Part shown: piece by piece, positions 50,301 through 63,225 of the stretch
Numbering within the stretch: position 1 is the stretch's first letter
Layout: every line of letters begins with the position of its first letter
NCBI GenBank assembly: GCA_964057225.1
Contig: OZ059900.1
Span: forward strand, 24,304,001 to 24,368,000
Direction: 5' to 3'
Length of the DNA stretch: 64,000 bases
Source: Auanema rhodensis
Taxonomy: Eukaryota; Animalia; Nematoda
The notes under the pieces: generated by a model
Databases searched by the model: none
Told to the model about the DNA's origin: nothing
The model's input: only the letters and a program-made list of their open reading frames with translations
Made by a program: the position numbers and the translations under genes

Positions 50301-53300
50301 TCATATGAACAAAAATCGATTTAATCAATATAAGCCATAGAGGCGTGCCCTCAGAATATGCTAATTTCCTTAATTTTCTAACCCCTGTTTTTTGTCGTGA
50401 AAGTGGAACTAGACGTTGTAGGAACAATTTTGAGCTAGGTTTCATTGACATTGCATGAGTTTGAACACATGAAATCGTAAGTCAAAACCTTGTTTACAGC
50501 GAAATTTCCAAAAACTGGTTTTCCAGCATAATAAAATATTTCTCATGGGAAATACTGTGTTTTTGTATTTTTATAGTGTTCAGCATGTAAAATGCTTCAT
50601 TTTGGTATGTAACACGCTGAAATTCGTTGCATTTGACGACTCATATGAACAAAAATCGATTTAATCAATATTAGCCATAAGGGGCGTGCCCTCAGAATAT
50701 GCTAATTTCCTTAATTTTCTAACCCCTGTTTTTTTGTCGTGAAAGTGGAATTAGACGTTGTAGGAACAATTTTGAGCTAGGTTTCATTGACATTGCATGA
50801 GTTTGAACACATGAAATCGTAAGTCAAAACCTTGTTTACAGCGAAATTTCCAAAAACTGGTTTTCCAGCATAATAAAATATTTCTCATGGGAAATACTGT
50901 GTTTTTGTATTTTTCTAGTGTTCAGCATGTAAAATGCTTCATTTTAGTATGTAACACGCTGAAATTCGTTGCATTTGACGACTCATATGAACAAAAATCG
51001 ATTTAATCAATATTAGCCATAAGGGGCGTGCCCTCAGAATATGCTAATTTCCTTAATTTTCTAACCCCTGTTTTTTTGTCGTGAAAGTGGAATTAGACGT
51101 TGTAGGAACAATTTTGAGCTAGGTTTCATTGACATTGCATGAGTTTGAACACATGAAATCGTAAGTCAAAACCTTGTTTACAGCGAAATTTCCAAAAACT
51201 GGTTTTCCAGCATAATAAAATATTTCTCATGGGAAATACTGTGTTTTTGTATTTTTCTAGTGTTCAGCATGTGAAACACTTCATTTTAGTATGTAACACG
51301 CTGAAATTCAATGCATTTGACGAATCATATGAACAAAAATCGATTTAATCAATATAAGCCATAGAGGCGTGCCCTCAGAATATGCTAATTTCCTTAATTT
51401 TCTAACCCCTGTTTTTTTGTCGTGAAAGTGGAATTAGACGTTGCAGGAACAATTTTGAGCTAGGTTTCATTGACATTGCATGAGTTTGAACACATGAAAT
51501 CGTAAGTCAAAACCTTGTTTACAGCGAAATTTCCAAAAACTGGTTTTCCAGCATAATAAAATATTTCTCATGGGAAATACTGTGTTTTTGTATTTTTATA
51601 GTGTTCAGCATGTAAAATGCTTCATTTTAGTATGTAACACGCTGAAATTCGTTGCATTTGACGACTCATATGAACAAAAATCGATTTAATCAATATTAGC
51701 CATAAGGGGCGTGCCCTCAGAATATGCTAATTTCCTTAATTTTCTAACCCCTGTTTTTTTGTCGTGAAAGTGGAATTAGACGTTGTAGGAACAATTTTGA
51801 GCTAGGTTTCATTGACATTGCATGAGTTTGAACACATGAAATCGTAAGTCAAAACCTTGTTTACAGCGAAATTTCCAAAAACTGGTTTTCCAGCAAAATA
51901 AAATATTTCTCATGGGAAATACTGTGTTTTTGTATTTTTATAGTGTTCAGCATGTAAAATGCTTCATTTTAGTATGTAACACCCTGAAATTCGTTTCATT
52001 TGACGACTCATATGAACAAAAATCGATTTAATCAATATTAGCCATAAGGGGCGTGCCCTCAGAATATGCTAATTTCCTAAATTTTCTAACCCCTGTTTTT
52101 TTGTCGTGAAAGTGGAACTAGACGTTGTACGAACAATTTTGAGCTAGGTTTCATTGACATTGCATGAGTTTGAACACATGAAATCGTAAGTCAAAACCTT
52201 GTTTACAGCGAAATTTCCAAAAACTGGTTTTCCAGCATAATAAAATATTTCTCATGGGTAAAACTGTGTTTTTGTATTTTTCTAGTGTTCAGCATGTAAA
52301 ATGCTTCATTTTAGTATGTAACACGCTGAAATTCGTTGCATTTGACGACTCATATGAACCAAAATCGATTTAATCAATATTAGCCATAAGGGGCGTGCCC
52401 TCAGAATATGCTAATTTCCTAAATTTTCTAACCCCTGTTTTTTTGTCGTGAAAGTGGAACTAGACGTTGTACGAACAATTTTGAGCTAGGTTTCATTGAC
52501 ATTGCATGAGTTTGAACACATGAAATCGTAAGTCAAAACCTTGTTTACAGCGAAATTTCCAAAAACTGGTTTTCCAGCATGATAAAATATTTCTCATGGG
52601 AAATACTGTGTTTTTGTATTTTTCTAGTGTTCAGCATGTGAAATACTTCATTTTAGTATGTAACACGCTGAAATTCGTTGCATTTGACGACTCATATGAA
52701 CAAAAATCGATTTAATCAATATTAGCCATAAGGGGCGTGCCCTCAGAATATGCTAATTTCCTTAATTTTCTAACCCCTGTTTTTTTGTCGTGAAAGTGGA
52801 ATTAGACGTTGCAGGAACAATTTTGAGCTAGGTTTCATTGACATTGCATGAGTTTGAACACATGAAATCGTAAGTCAAAACCTTGTTTACAGCGAAATTT
52901 CCAAAAACTGGTTTTCCAGCATAATAAAATATTTCTCATGGGAAATACTGTGTTTTTGTATTTTTATAGTGTTCAGCATGTAAAATGCTTCATTTTAGTA
53001 TGTAACACGCTGAAATTCGTTGCATTTGACGACTCATATGAACAAAAATCGATTTAATCAATATTAGCCATAAGGGGCGTGCCCTCAGAATATGCTAATT
53101 TCCTTAATTTTCTAACCCCTGTTTTTTGTCGTGAAAGTGGAACTAGACGTTGTAGGAACAATTTTGAGCTAGGTTTCATTGACATTGCATGAGTTTGAAC
53201 ACATGAAATCGTAAGTCAAAACCTTGTTTACAGCGAAATTTCCAAAAACTGGTTTTCCAGCATAATAAAATATTTCTCATGGGAAATACTGTGTTTTTGT

Positions 53301-54686
53301 ATTTTTCTAGTGTTCAGCATGTAAAACACTTCATTTTAGTATGTAACACGCTGAAATTCAATGCATTTGACGAATCATATGAACAAAAATCGATTTAATC
53401 AATATAAGCCATAGAGGCGTGCCCTCAGAATATGCTAATTTCCTTAATTTTCTAACCCCTGTTTTTTGTCGTGAAAGTGGAACTAGACGTTGTAGGAACA
53501 ATTTTGAGCTAGGTTTCATTGACATTGCATGAGTTTGAACACATGAAATCGTAAGTCAAAACCTTGTTTACAGCGAAATTTCCAAAAACTGGTTTTCCAG
53601 CATAATAAAATATTTCTCATGGGAAATACTGTGTTTTTGTATTTTTATAGTGTTCAGCATGTAAAATGCTTCATTTTGGTATGTAACACGCTGAAATTCG
53701 TTGCATTTGACGACTCATATGAACAAAAATCGATTTAATCAATATTAGCCATAAGGGGCGTGCCCTCAGAATATGCTAATTTCCTTAATTTTCTAACCCC
53801 TGTTTTTTTGTCGTGAAAGTGGAATTAGACGTTGTAGGAACAATTTTGAGCTAGGTTTCATTGACATTGCATGAGTTTGAACACATGAAATCGTAAGTCA
53901 AAACCTTGTTTACAGCGAAATTTCCAAAAACTGGTTTTCCAGCATAATAAAATATTTCTCATGGGAAATACTGTGTTTTTGTATTTTTCTAGTGTTCAGC
54001 ATGTAAAATGCTTCATTTTAGTATGTAACACGCTGAAATTCGTTGCATTTGACGACTCATATGAACAAAAATCGATTTAATCAATATTAGCCATAAGGGG
54101 CGTGCCCTCAGAATATGCTAATTTCCTTAATTTTCTAACCCCTGTTTTTTTGTCGTGAAAGTGGAATTAGACGTTGTAGGAACAATTTTGAGCTAGGTTT
54201 CATTGACATTGCATGAGTTTGAACACATGAAATCGTAAGTCAAAACCTTGTTTACAGCGAAATTTCCAAAAACTGGTTTTCCAGCATAATAAAATATTTC
54301 TCATGGGAAATACTGTGTTTTTGTATTTTTCTAGTGTTCAGCATGTGAAACACTTCATTTTAGTATGTAACACGCTGAAATTCAATGCATTTGACGAATC
54401 ATATGAACAAAAATCGATTTAATCAATATAAGCCATAGAGGCGTGCCCTCAGAATATGCTAATTTCCTTAATTTTCTAACCCCTGTTTTTTGTCGTGAAA
54501 GTGGAACTAGATGTTGTAGGAACAATTTTGAGCTAGGTTTCATTGACATTGCATGAGTTTGAACACATGAAATCGTAAGTCAAAACCTTGTTTACAGCGA
54601 AATTTCCAAAAACTGGTTTTCCAGCATAATAAAATATTTCTCATGGGAAATACTGTGTTTTTGTATTTTTCTAGTGTTCAGCATGT
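47400..54686. repeat. 9-mer higher-order repeat, 2 copies (48540-51613, 51614-54686; period 3074), overlapping a preceding 4-mer duplication (period 1368)
   Basis: caccctg/gggtaaaac monomers at 47514, 48882 and 51956. catgata in monomers 49224 and 52298. ttttggta in monomers 50589 and 53663. Confidence 0.88.
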
Positions 54687-55370
54687 AAAATACTTCATTT
54701 TAGTATGTAACACGCTGAAATTCGTTGCATTTGACGACTCATATGAACAAAAATCGATTTAATCAATATTAGCCATAAGGGGCGTGCCCTCAGAATGTGC
54801 TAATTTCCTTAATTTTCTAACCCCTGTTTTTTTGTCGTGAAAGTGGAATTAGACGTTGTAAGAACAATTTTGAGCTAGGTTTCATTGACATTGCATGAGT
54901 TTGAACACATGAAATCGTAAGTCAAAACCTTGTTTACAGCGAACTTTCCAAAAACTGGTTTTCCAGCATAATAAAATATTTCTCATGGGAAATACTGTGT
55001 TTTTGTATTTTTATAGTGTTCAGCATGTAAAATGCTTCATTTTAGTATGTAACACCCTGAAATTCGTTTCATTTGACGACTCATATGAACAAAAATCGAT
55101 TTAATCAATATTAGCCATAAGGGGCGTGCCCTCAGAATATGCTAATTTCCTTAATTTTCTAACCCCTGTTTTTTTGTCGTGAAAGTGGAACTAGACGTTG
55201 TAGGAACAATTTTGAGCAAGGTTTCATTGACATTGCATGAGTTTGAACACATGAAATCGTAAGTCAAAACCTTGTTTACAGCGAAATTTCCAAAAACTGG
55301 TTTTCCAGCATAATAAAATATTTCTCATGGGAAATACTGTGTTTTTGTATTTTTCTAGTGTTCAGCATGT

Positions 55371-58300
55371 GAAATACTTCATTTTAGTATGTAACACGCT
55401 GAAATTCGTTGCATTTGACGACTCATATGAACAAAAATCGATTTAATCAATATTAGCCATAAGGGGCGTGCCCTCAGAATATGCTAATTTCCTAAATTTT
55501 CTAACCCCTGTTTTTTTGTCGTGAAAGTGGAACTAGACGTTGTACGAACAATTTTGAGCTAGGTTTCATTGACATTGCATGAGTTTGAACACATGAAATC
55601 GTAAGTCAAAACCTTGTTTACAGCGAAATTTCCAAAAACTGGTTTTCCAGCATAATAAAATATTTCTCATGGGTAAAACTGTGTTTTTGTATTTTTCTAG
55701 TGTTCAGCATGTAAAATGCTTCATTTTAGTATGTAACACGCTGAAATTCGTTGCATTTGACGACTCATATGAACCAAAATCGATTTAATCAATATTAGCC
55801 ATAAGGGGCGTGCCCTCAGAATATGCTAATTTCCTAAATTTTCTAACCCCTGTTTTTTTGTCGTGAAAGTGGAACTAGACATTGTACGAACAATTTTGAG
55901 CTAGGTTTCATTGACATTGCATGAGTTTGAACACATGAAATCGTAAGTCAAAACCTTGTTTACAGCGAAATTTCCAAAAACTGGTTTTCCAGCATAATAA
56001 AATATTTCTCATGGGAAAAACTGTGTTTTTGTATTTTTCTAGTGTTCAGCTTGTAAAATGCTTCATTTTAGTATGTAACACGCTGAAATTTGTTGCATTT
56101 GACGACTCATATGAACAAAAATCGATTTAATCAATATTAGCCATAAGGGGCGTGCCCTCAGAATATGCTAATTTCCTTAATTTTCTAACCCCTGTTTTTT
56201 TGTCGTGAAAGTGGAACTAGACGTTGTACGAACAATTTTGAGCTAGGTTTCATTGACATTGCATGAGTTTGAACACATGAAATCGTAAGTCAAAACCTTG
56301 TTTACAGCGAAATTTCCAAAAACTGGTTTTCCAGCATAATAAAATATTTCTCATGGGAAATACTGTGTTTTTGTATTTTTCTAGTGTTCAGCATGTAAAA
56401 TGCTCCATTTTAGTATGTAACACGCTGAAATTCGTTGCATTTGACGACTCATATGAACCAAAATCGATTTAATCAATATTAGCCATAAGGGGCGTGCCCT
56501 CAGAATATGCTAATTTCCTAAATTTTCTAACCCCTGTTTTTTTGTCGTGAAAGTGGAACTAGACATTGTACGAACAATTTTGAGCTAGGTTTCATTGACA
56601 TTGCATGAGTTTGAACACATGAAATCGTAAGTCAAAACCTTGTTTACAGCGAAATTTCCAAAAACTGGTTTTCCAGCATAATAAAATATTTCTCATGGGA
56701 AAAACTGTGTTTTTGTATTTTTCTAGTGTTCAGCTTGTAAAATGCTTCATTTTAGTATGTAACACGCTGAAATTTGTTGCATTTGACGACTCATATGAAC
56801 AAAAATCGATTTAATCAATATTAGCCATAAGGGGCGTGCCCTCAGAATATGCTAATTTCCTTAATTTTCTAACCCCTGTTTTTTTGTCGTGAAAGTGGAA
56901 CTAGACGTTGTACGAACAATTTTGAGCTAGGTTTCATTGACATTGCATGAGTTTGAACACATGAAATCGTAAGTCAAAACCTTGTTTACAGCGAAATTTC
57001 CAAAAACTGGTTTTCCAGCATAATAAAATATTTCTCATGGGAAATACTGTGTTTTTGTATTTTTCTAGTGTTCAGCATGTAAAATGCTCCATTTTAGTAT
57101 GTAACACGCTGAAATTCGTTGCATTTGACGACTCATATGAACAAAAATCGATTTAATCAATATTAGCCATAAGGGGCGTGCCCTCAGAATATGCTAATTT
57201 CCTTAATTTTCTAACCCCTGTTTTTTTGTCGTGAAAGTGGAACTAGACATTGTACGAACAATTTTGAGCAAGGTTTCATTGACATTGCATGAGTTTGAAC
57301 ACATGAAATCGTAAGTCAAAACCTTGTTTACAGCGAAATTTCCAAAAACTGGTTTTCCAGCATAATAAAATATTTCTCATGGGTAAAACTGTGTTTTTGT
57401 ATTTTTCTAGTGTTCAGCATGTAAAATGCTTCATTTTAGTATGTAAGACGCTGAAATTCGTTGCATTTGACGACTCATATGAACAAAAATCGATTTAATC
57501 AATATTAGCCATAAGGGGCGTGCCCTCAGAATATGCTAATTTCCTAAATTTTCTAACCCCTGTTTTTTTGTCGTGAAAGTGGAACTAGACGTTGTACGAA
57601 CAATTTTGAGCTAGGTTTCATTGACATTGCATGAGTTTGAACACATGAAATCGTAAGTCAAAACCTTGTTTACAGCGAAATTTCCAAAAACTGGTTTTCC
57701 AGCATAATAAAATATTTCTCATGGGTAAAACTGTGTTTTTGTATTTTTCTAGTGTTCAGCATGTAAAATGCTTCATTTTAGTATGTAACACGCTGAAATT
57801 CGTTGCATTTGACGACTCATATGAACCAAAATCGATTTAATCAATATTAGCCATAAGGGGCGTGCCCTCAGAATATGCTAATTTCCTAAATTTTCTAACC
57901 CCTGTTTTTTTGTCGTGAAAGTGGAACTAGACATTGTACGAACAATTTTGAGCTAGGTTTCATTGACATTGCATGAGTTTGAACACATGAAATCGTAAGT
58001 CAAAACCTTGTTTACAGCGAAATTTCCAAAAACTGGTTTTCCAGCATAATAAAATATTTCTCATGGGAAAAACTGTGTTTTTGTATTTTTCTAGTGTTCA
58101 GCTTGTAAAATGCTTCATTTTAGTATGTAACACGCTGAAATTTGTTGCATTTGACGACTCATATGAACAAAAATCGATTTAATCAATATTAGCCATAAGG
58201 GGCGTGCCCTCAGAATATGCTAATTTCCTTAATTTTCTAACCCCTGTTTTTTTGTCGTGAAAGTGGAACTAGACGTTGTACGAACAATTTTGAGCTAGGT

Positions 58301-58950
58301 TTCATTGACATTGCATGAGTTTGAACACATGAAATCGTAAGTCAAAACCTTGTTTACAGCGAAATTTCCAAAAACTGGTTTTCCAGCATAATAAAATATT
58401 TCTCATGGGAAATACTGTGTTTTTGTATTTTTCTAGTGTTCAGCATGTAAAATGCTCCATTTTAGTATGTAACACGCTGAAATTCGTTGCATTTGACGAC
58501 TCATATGAACCAAAATCGATTTAATCAATATTAGCCATAAGGGGCGTGCCCTCAGAATATGCTAATTTCCTAAATTTTCTAACCCCTGTTTTTTTGTCGT
58601 GAAAGTGGAACTAGACATTGTACGAACAATTTTGAGCTAGGTTTCATTGACATTGCATGAGTTTGAACACATGAAATCGTAAGTCAAAACCTTGTTTACA
58701 GCGAAATTTCCAAAAACTGGTTTTCCAGCATAATAAAATATTTCTCATGGGAAAAACTGTGTTTTTGTATTTTTCTAGTGTTCAGCTTGTAAAATGCTTC
58801 ATTTTAGTATGTAACACGCTGAAATTTGTTGCATTTGACGACTCATATGAACAAAAATCGATTTAATCAATATTAGCCATAAGGGGCGTGCCCTCAGAAT
58901 ATGCTAATTTCCTTAATTTTCTAACCCCTGTTTTTTTGTCGTGAAAGTGG
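55371..58950. repeat. 6-mer duplication (period 2052) built from an alternating 2-mer (684 bp)
   Basis: gaacc/gacattgtacg/cagcttgt monomers at 55713, 56397, 57765 and 58449 alternate with aatttgtt monomers at 56055, 56739, 58107 and 58791. Confidence 0.85.
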
Positions 58951-60839
58951 AATTAGACGTTGTAGGAACAATTTTGAGCTAGGTTTCATTGACATTGCAT
59001 GAGTTTGAACACATGAAATCGTAAGTCAAAACCTTGTTTACAGCGAAATTTCCAAAAACTGGTTTTCCAGCATAATAAAATATTTCTCATGGGAAATACT
59101 GTGTTTTTGTATTTTTATAGTGTTCAGCATGTAAAATGCTTCATTTTAGTATGTAACACGCTGAAATTCGTTGCATTTGACGACTCATATGAACAAAAAT
59201 CGATTTAATCAATATTAGCCATAAGGGGCGTGCCCTCAGAATATGCTAATTTCCTTAATTTTCTAACCCCTGTTTTTTTGTCGTGAAAGTGGAATTAGAC
59301 GTTGTAGGAACAATTTTGAGCTAGGTTTCATTGACATTGCATGAGTTTGAACACATGAAATCGTAAGTCAAAACCTTGTTTACAGCGAAATTTCCAAAAA
59401 CTGGTTTTCCAGCATAATAAAATATTTCTCATGGGAAATACTGTGTTTTTGTATTTTTCTAGTGTTCAGCATGTAAAATGCTTCATTTTAGTATGTAACA
59501 CGCTGAAATTCGTTGCATTTGACGACTCATATGAACAAAAATCGATTTAATCAATATTAGCCATAAGGGGCGTGCCCTCAGAATATGCTAATTTCCTTAA
59601 TTTTCTAACCCCTGTTTTTTGTCGTGAAAGTGGAACTAGACGTTGTAGGAACAATTTTGAGCTAGGTTTCATTGACATTGCATGAGTTCGAACACATGAA
59701 ATCGTAAGTCAAAACCTTGTTTACAGCGAAATTTCCAAAAACTGGTTTTCCAGCATAATAAAATATTTCTCATGGGAAATACTGTGTTTTTGTATTTTTC
59801 TAGTGTTCAGCATGTAAAATACTTCATTTAAGTATGTAACACGCTGAAATTCGTTGCATTTGACGACTCATATGAACAAAAATCGATTTAATCAATATTA
59901 GCCATAAGGGGCGTGCCCTCAGAATATGCTAATTTCCTTAATTTTCTAACCCCTGTTTTTTTGTCGTGAAAGTGGAATAAGACGTTGTAGGAACAATTTT
60001 GAGCTAGGTTTCATTGACATTGCATGAGTTTGAACACATGAAATCGTAAGTCAAAACCTTGTTTACAGCGAACTTTCCAAAAACTGGTTTTCCAGCATAA
60101 TAAAATATTTCTCATGGGAAATACTAAGTTTTTGTATTTTTATAGTGTTCAGCATGTAAAATGCTTCATTTTAGTATGTAACACCCTGAAATTCGTTTCA
60201 TTTGACGACTCATATGAACAAAAATCGATTTAATCAATATTAGCCATAAGGGGCGTGCCCTCAGAATATGCTAATTTCCTTAATTTTCTAACCCCTGTTT
60301 TTTTGTCGTGAAAGTGGAACTAGACGTTGTAGGAACAATTTTGAGCAAGGTTTCATTGACATTGCATGAGTTTGAACACATGAAATCGTAAGTCAAAACC
60401 TTGTTTACAGCGAACTTTCCAAAAACTGGTTTTCCAGCATAATAAAATATTTCTCATGGGAAATACTGTGTTTTTGTATTTTTATAGTGTTCAGCATTTA
60501 AATGCTTCATTTTAGTATGTAACACCCTGAAATTCGTTTCATTTGACGACTCATATGAACAAAAATCGATTTAATCAATATTAGCCATAAGGGGCGTGCC
60601 CTCAGAATATGCTAATTTCCTTAATTTTCTAACCCCTGTTTTTTGTCGTGAAAGTGGAACTAGACGTTGTAGGAACAATTTTGAGCTAGGTTTCATTGAC
60701 ATTGCATGAGTTTGAACACATGAAATCGTAAGTCAAAACCTTGTTTACAGCGAAATTTCCAAAAACTGGTTTTCCAGCATAATAAAATATTTCTCATGGG
60801 AAATACTGTGTTTTTGTATTTTTCTAGTGTTCAGCATGT

Positions 60840-63225
60840 AAAACACTTCATTTTAGTATGTAACACGCTGAAATTCAATGCATTTGACGAATCATATGAA
60901 CAAAAATCGATTTAATCAATATAAGCCATAGAGGCGTGCCCTCAGAATATGCTAATTTCCTTAATTTTCTAACCCCTGTTTTTTGTCGTGAAAGTGGAAC
61001 TAGACGTTGTAGGAACAATTTTGAGCTAGGTTTCATTGACATTGCATGAGTTTGAACACATGAAATCGTAAGTCAAAACCTTGTTTACAGCGAAATTTCC
61101 AAAAACTGGTTTTCCAGCATAATAAAATATTTCTCATGGGAAATACTGTGTTTTTGTATTTTTATAGTGTTCAGCATGTAAAATGCTTCATTTTAGTATG
61201 TAACACGCTGAAATTCGTTGCATTTGACGACTCATATGAACAAAAATCGATTTAATCAATATTAGCCATAAGGGGCGTGCCCTCAGAATATGCTAATTTC
61301 CTTAATTTTCTAACCCCTGTTTTTTTGTCGTGAAAGTGGAATTAGACGTTGTAGGAACAATTTTGAGCTAGGTTTCATTGACATTGCATGAGTTTGAACA
61401 CATGAAATCGTAAGTCAAAACCTTGTTTACAGCGAAATTTCCAAAAACTGGTTTTCCAGCATAATAAAATATTTCTCATGGGAAATACTGTGTTTTTGTA
61501 TTTTTCTAGTGTTCAGCATGTAAAATGCTTCATTTTAGTATGTAACACGCTGAAATTCGTTGCATTTGACGACTCATATGAACAAAAATCGATTTAATCA
61601 ATATTAGCCATAAGGGGCGTGCCCTCAGAATATGCTAATTTCCTTAATTTTCTAACCCCTGTTTTTTGTCGTGAAAGTGGAACTAGACGTTGTAGGAACA
61701 ATTTTGAGCTAGGTTTCATTGACATTGCATGAGTTTGAACACATGAAATCGTAAGTCAAAACCTTGTTTACAGCGAAATTTCCAAAAACTGGTTTTCCAG
61801 CATAATAAAATATTTCTCATGGGAAATACTGTGTTTTTGTATTTTTCTAGTGTTCAGCATGTAAAACACTTCATTTTAGTATGTAACACGCTGAAATTCA
61901 ATGCATTTGACGAATCATATGAACAAAAATCGATTTAATCAATATAAGCCATAGAGGCGTGCCCTCAGAATATGCTAATTTCCTTAATTTTCTAACCCCT
62001 GTTTTTTGTCGTGAAAGTGGAACTAGACGTTGTAGGAACAATTTTGAGCTAGGTTTCATTGACATTGCATGAGTTTGAACACATGAAATCGTAAGTCAAA
62101 ACCTTGTTTACAGCGAAATTTCCAAAAACTGGTTTTCCAGCATAATAAAATATTTCTCATGGGAAATACTGTGTTTTTGTATTTTTATAGTGTTCAGCAT
62201 GTAAAATGCTTCATTTTAGTATGTAACACGCTGAAATTCGTTGCATTTGACGACTCATATGAACAAAAATCGATTTAATCAATATTAGCCATAAGGGGCG
62301 TGCCCTCAGAATATGCTAATTTCCTTAATTTTCTAACCCCTGTTTTTTTGTCGTGAAAGTGGAATTAGACGTTGTAGGAACAATTTTGAGCTAGGTTTCA
62401 TTGACATTGCATGAGTTTGAACACATGAAATCGTAAGTCAAAACCTTGTTTACAGCGAAATTTCCAAAAACTGGTTTTCCAGCATAATAAAATATTTCTC
62501 ATGGGAAATACTGTGTTTTTGTATTTTTCTAGTGTTCAGCATGTAAAATTCTTCATTTTAGTATGTAACACGCTGAAATTCGTTGCATTTGACGACTCAT
62601 ATGAACAAAAATCGATTTAATCAATATTAGCCATAAGGGGCGTGCCCTCAGAATATGCTAATTTCCTTAATTTTCTAACCCCTGTTTTTTGTCGTGAAAG
62701 TGGAACTAGACGTTGTAGGAACAATTTTGAGCTAGGTTTCATTGACATTGCATGAGTTTGAACACATGAAATCGTAAGTCAAAACCTTGTTTACAGCGAA
62801 ATTTCCAAAAACTGGTTTTCCAGCATAATAAAATATTTCTCATGGGAAATACTGTGTTTTTGTATTTTTCTAGTGTTCAGCATGTGAAACACTTCATTTT
62901 AGTATGTAACACGCTGAAATTCAATGCATTTGACGAATCATATGAACAAAAATCGATTTAATCAATATAAGCCATAGAGGCGTGCCCTCAGAATATGCTA
63001 ATTTCCTTAATTTTCTAACCCCTGTTTTTTGTCGTGAAAGTGGAACTAGACGTTGTAGGAACAATTTTGAGCTAGGTTTCATTGACATTGCATGAGTTTG
63101 AACACATGAAATCGTAAGTCAAAACCTTGTTTACAGCGAAATTTCCAAAAACTGGTTTTCCAGCATAATAAAATATTTCTCATGGGAAATACTGTGTTTT
63201 TGTATTTTTCTAGTGTTCAGCATGT
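60840..63225. repeat. 3-mer higher-order repeat (period 1023), ~2.3 copies
   Basis: The divergent 'aaacac...caatg...gaatc...atagagg' monomer starts at 60840, 61863 and 62886. Confidence 0.85.
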
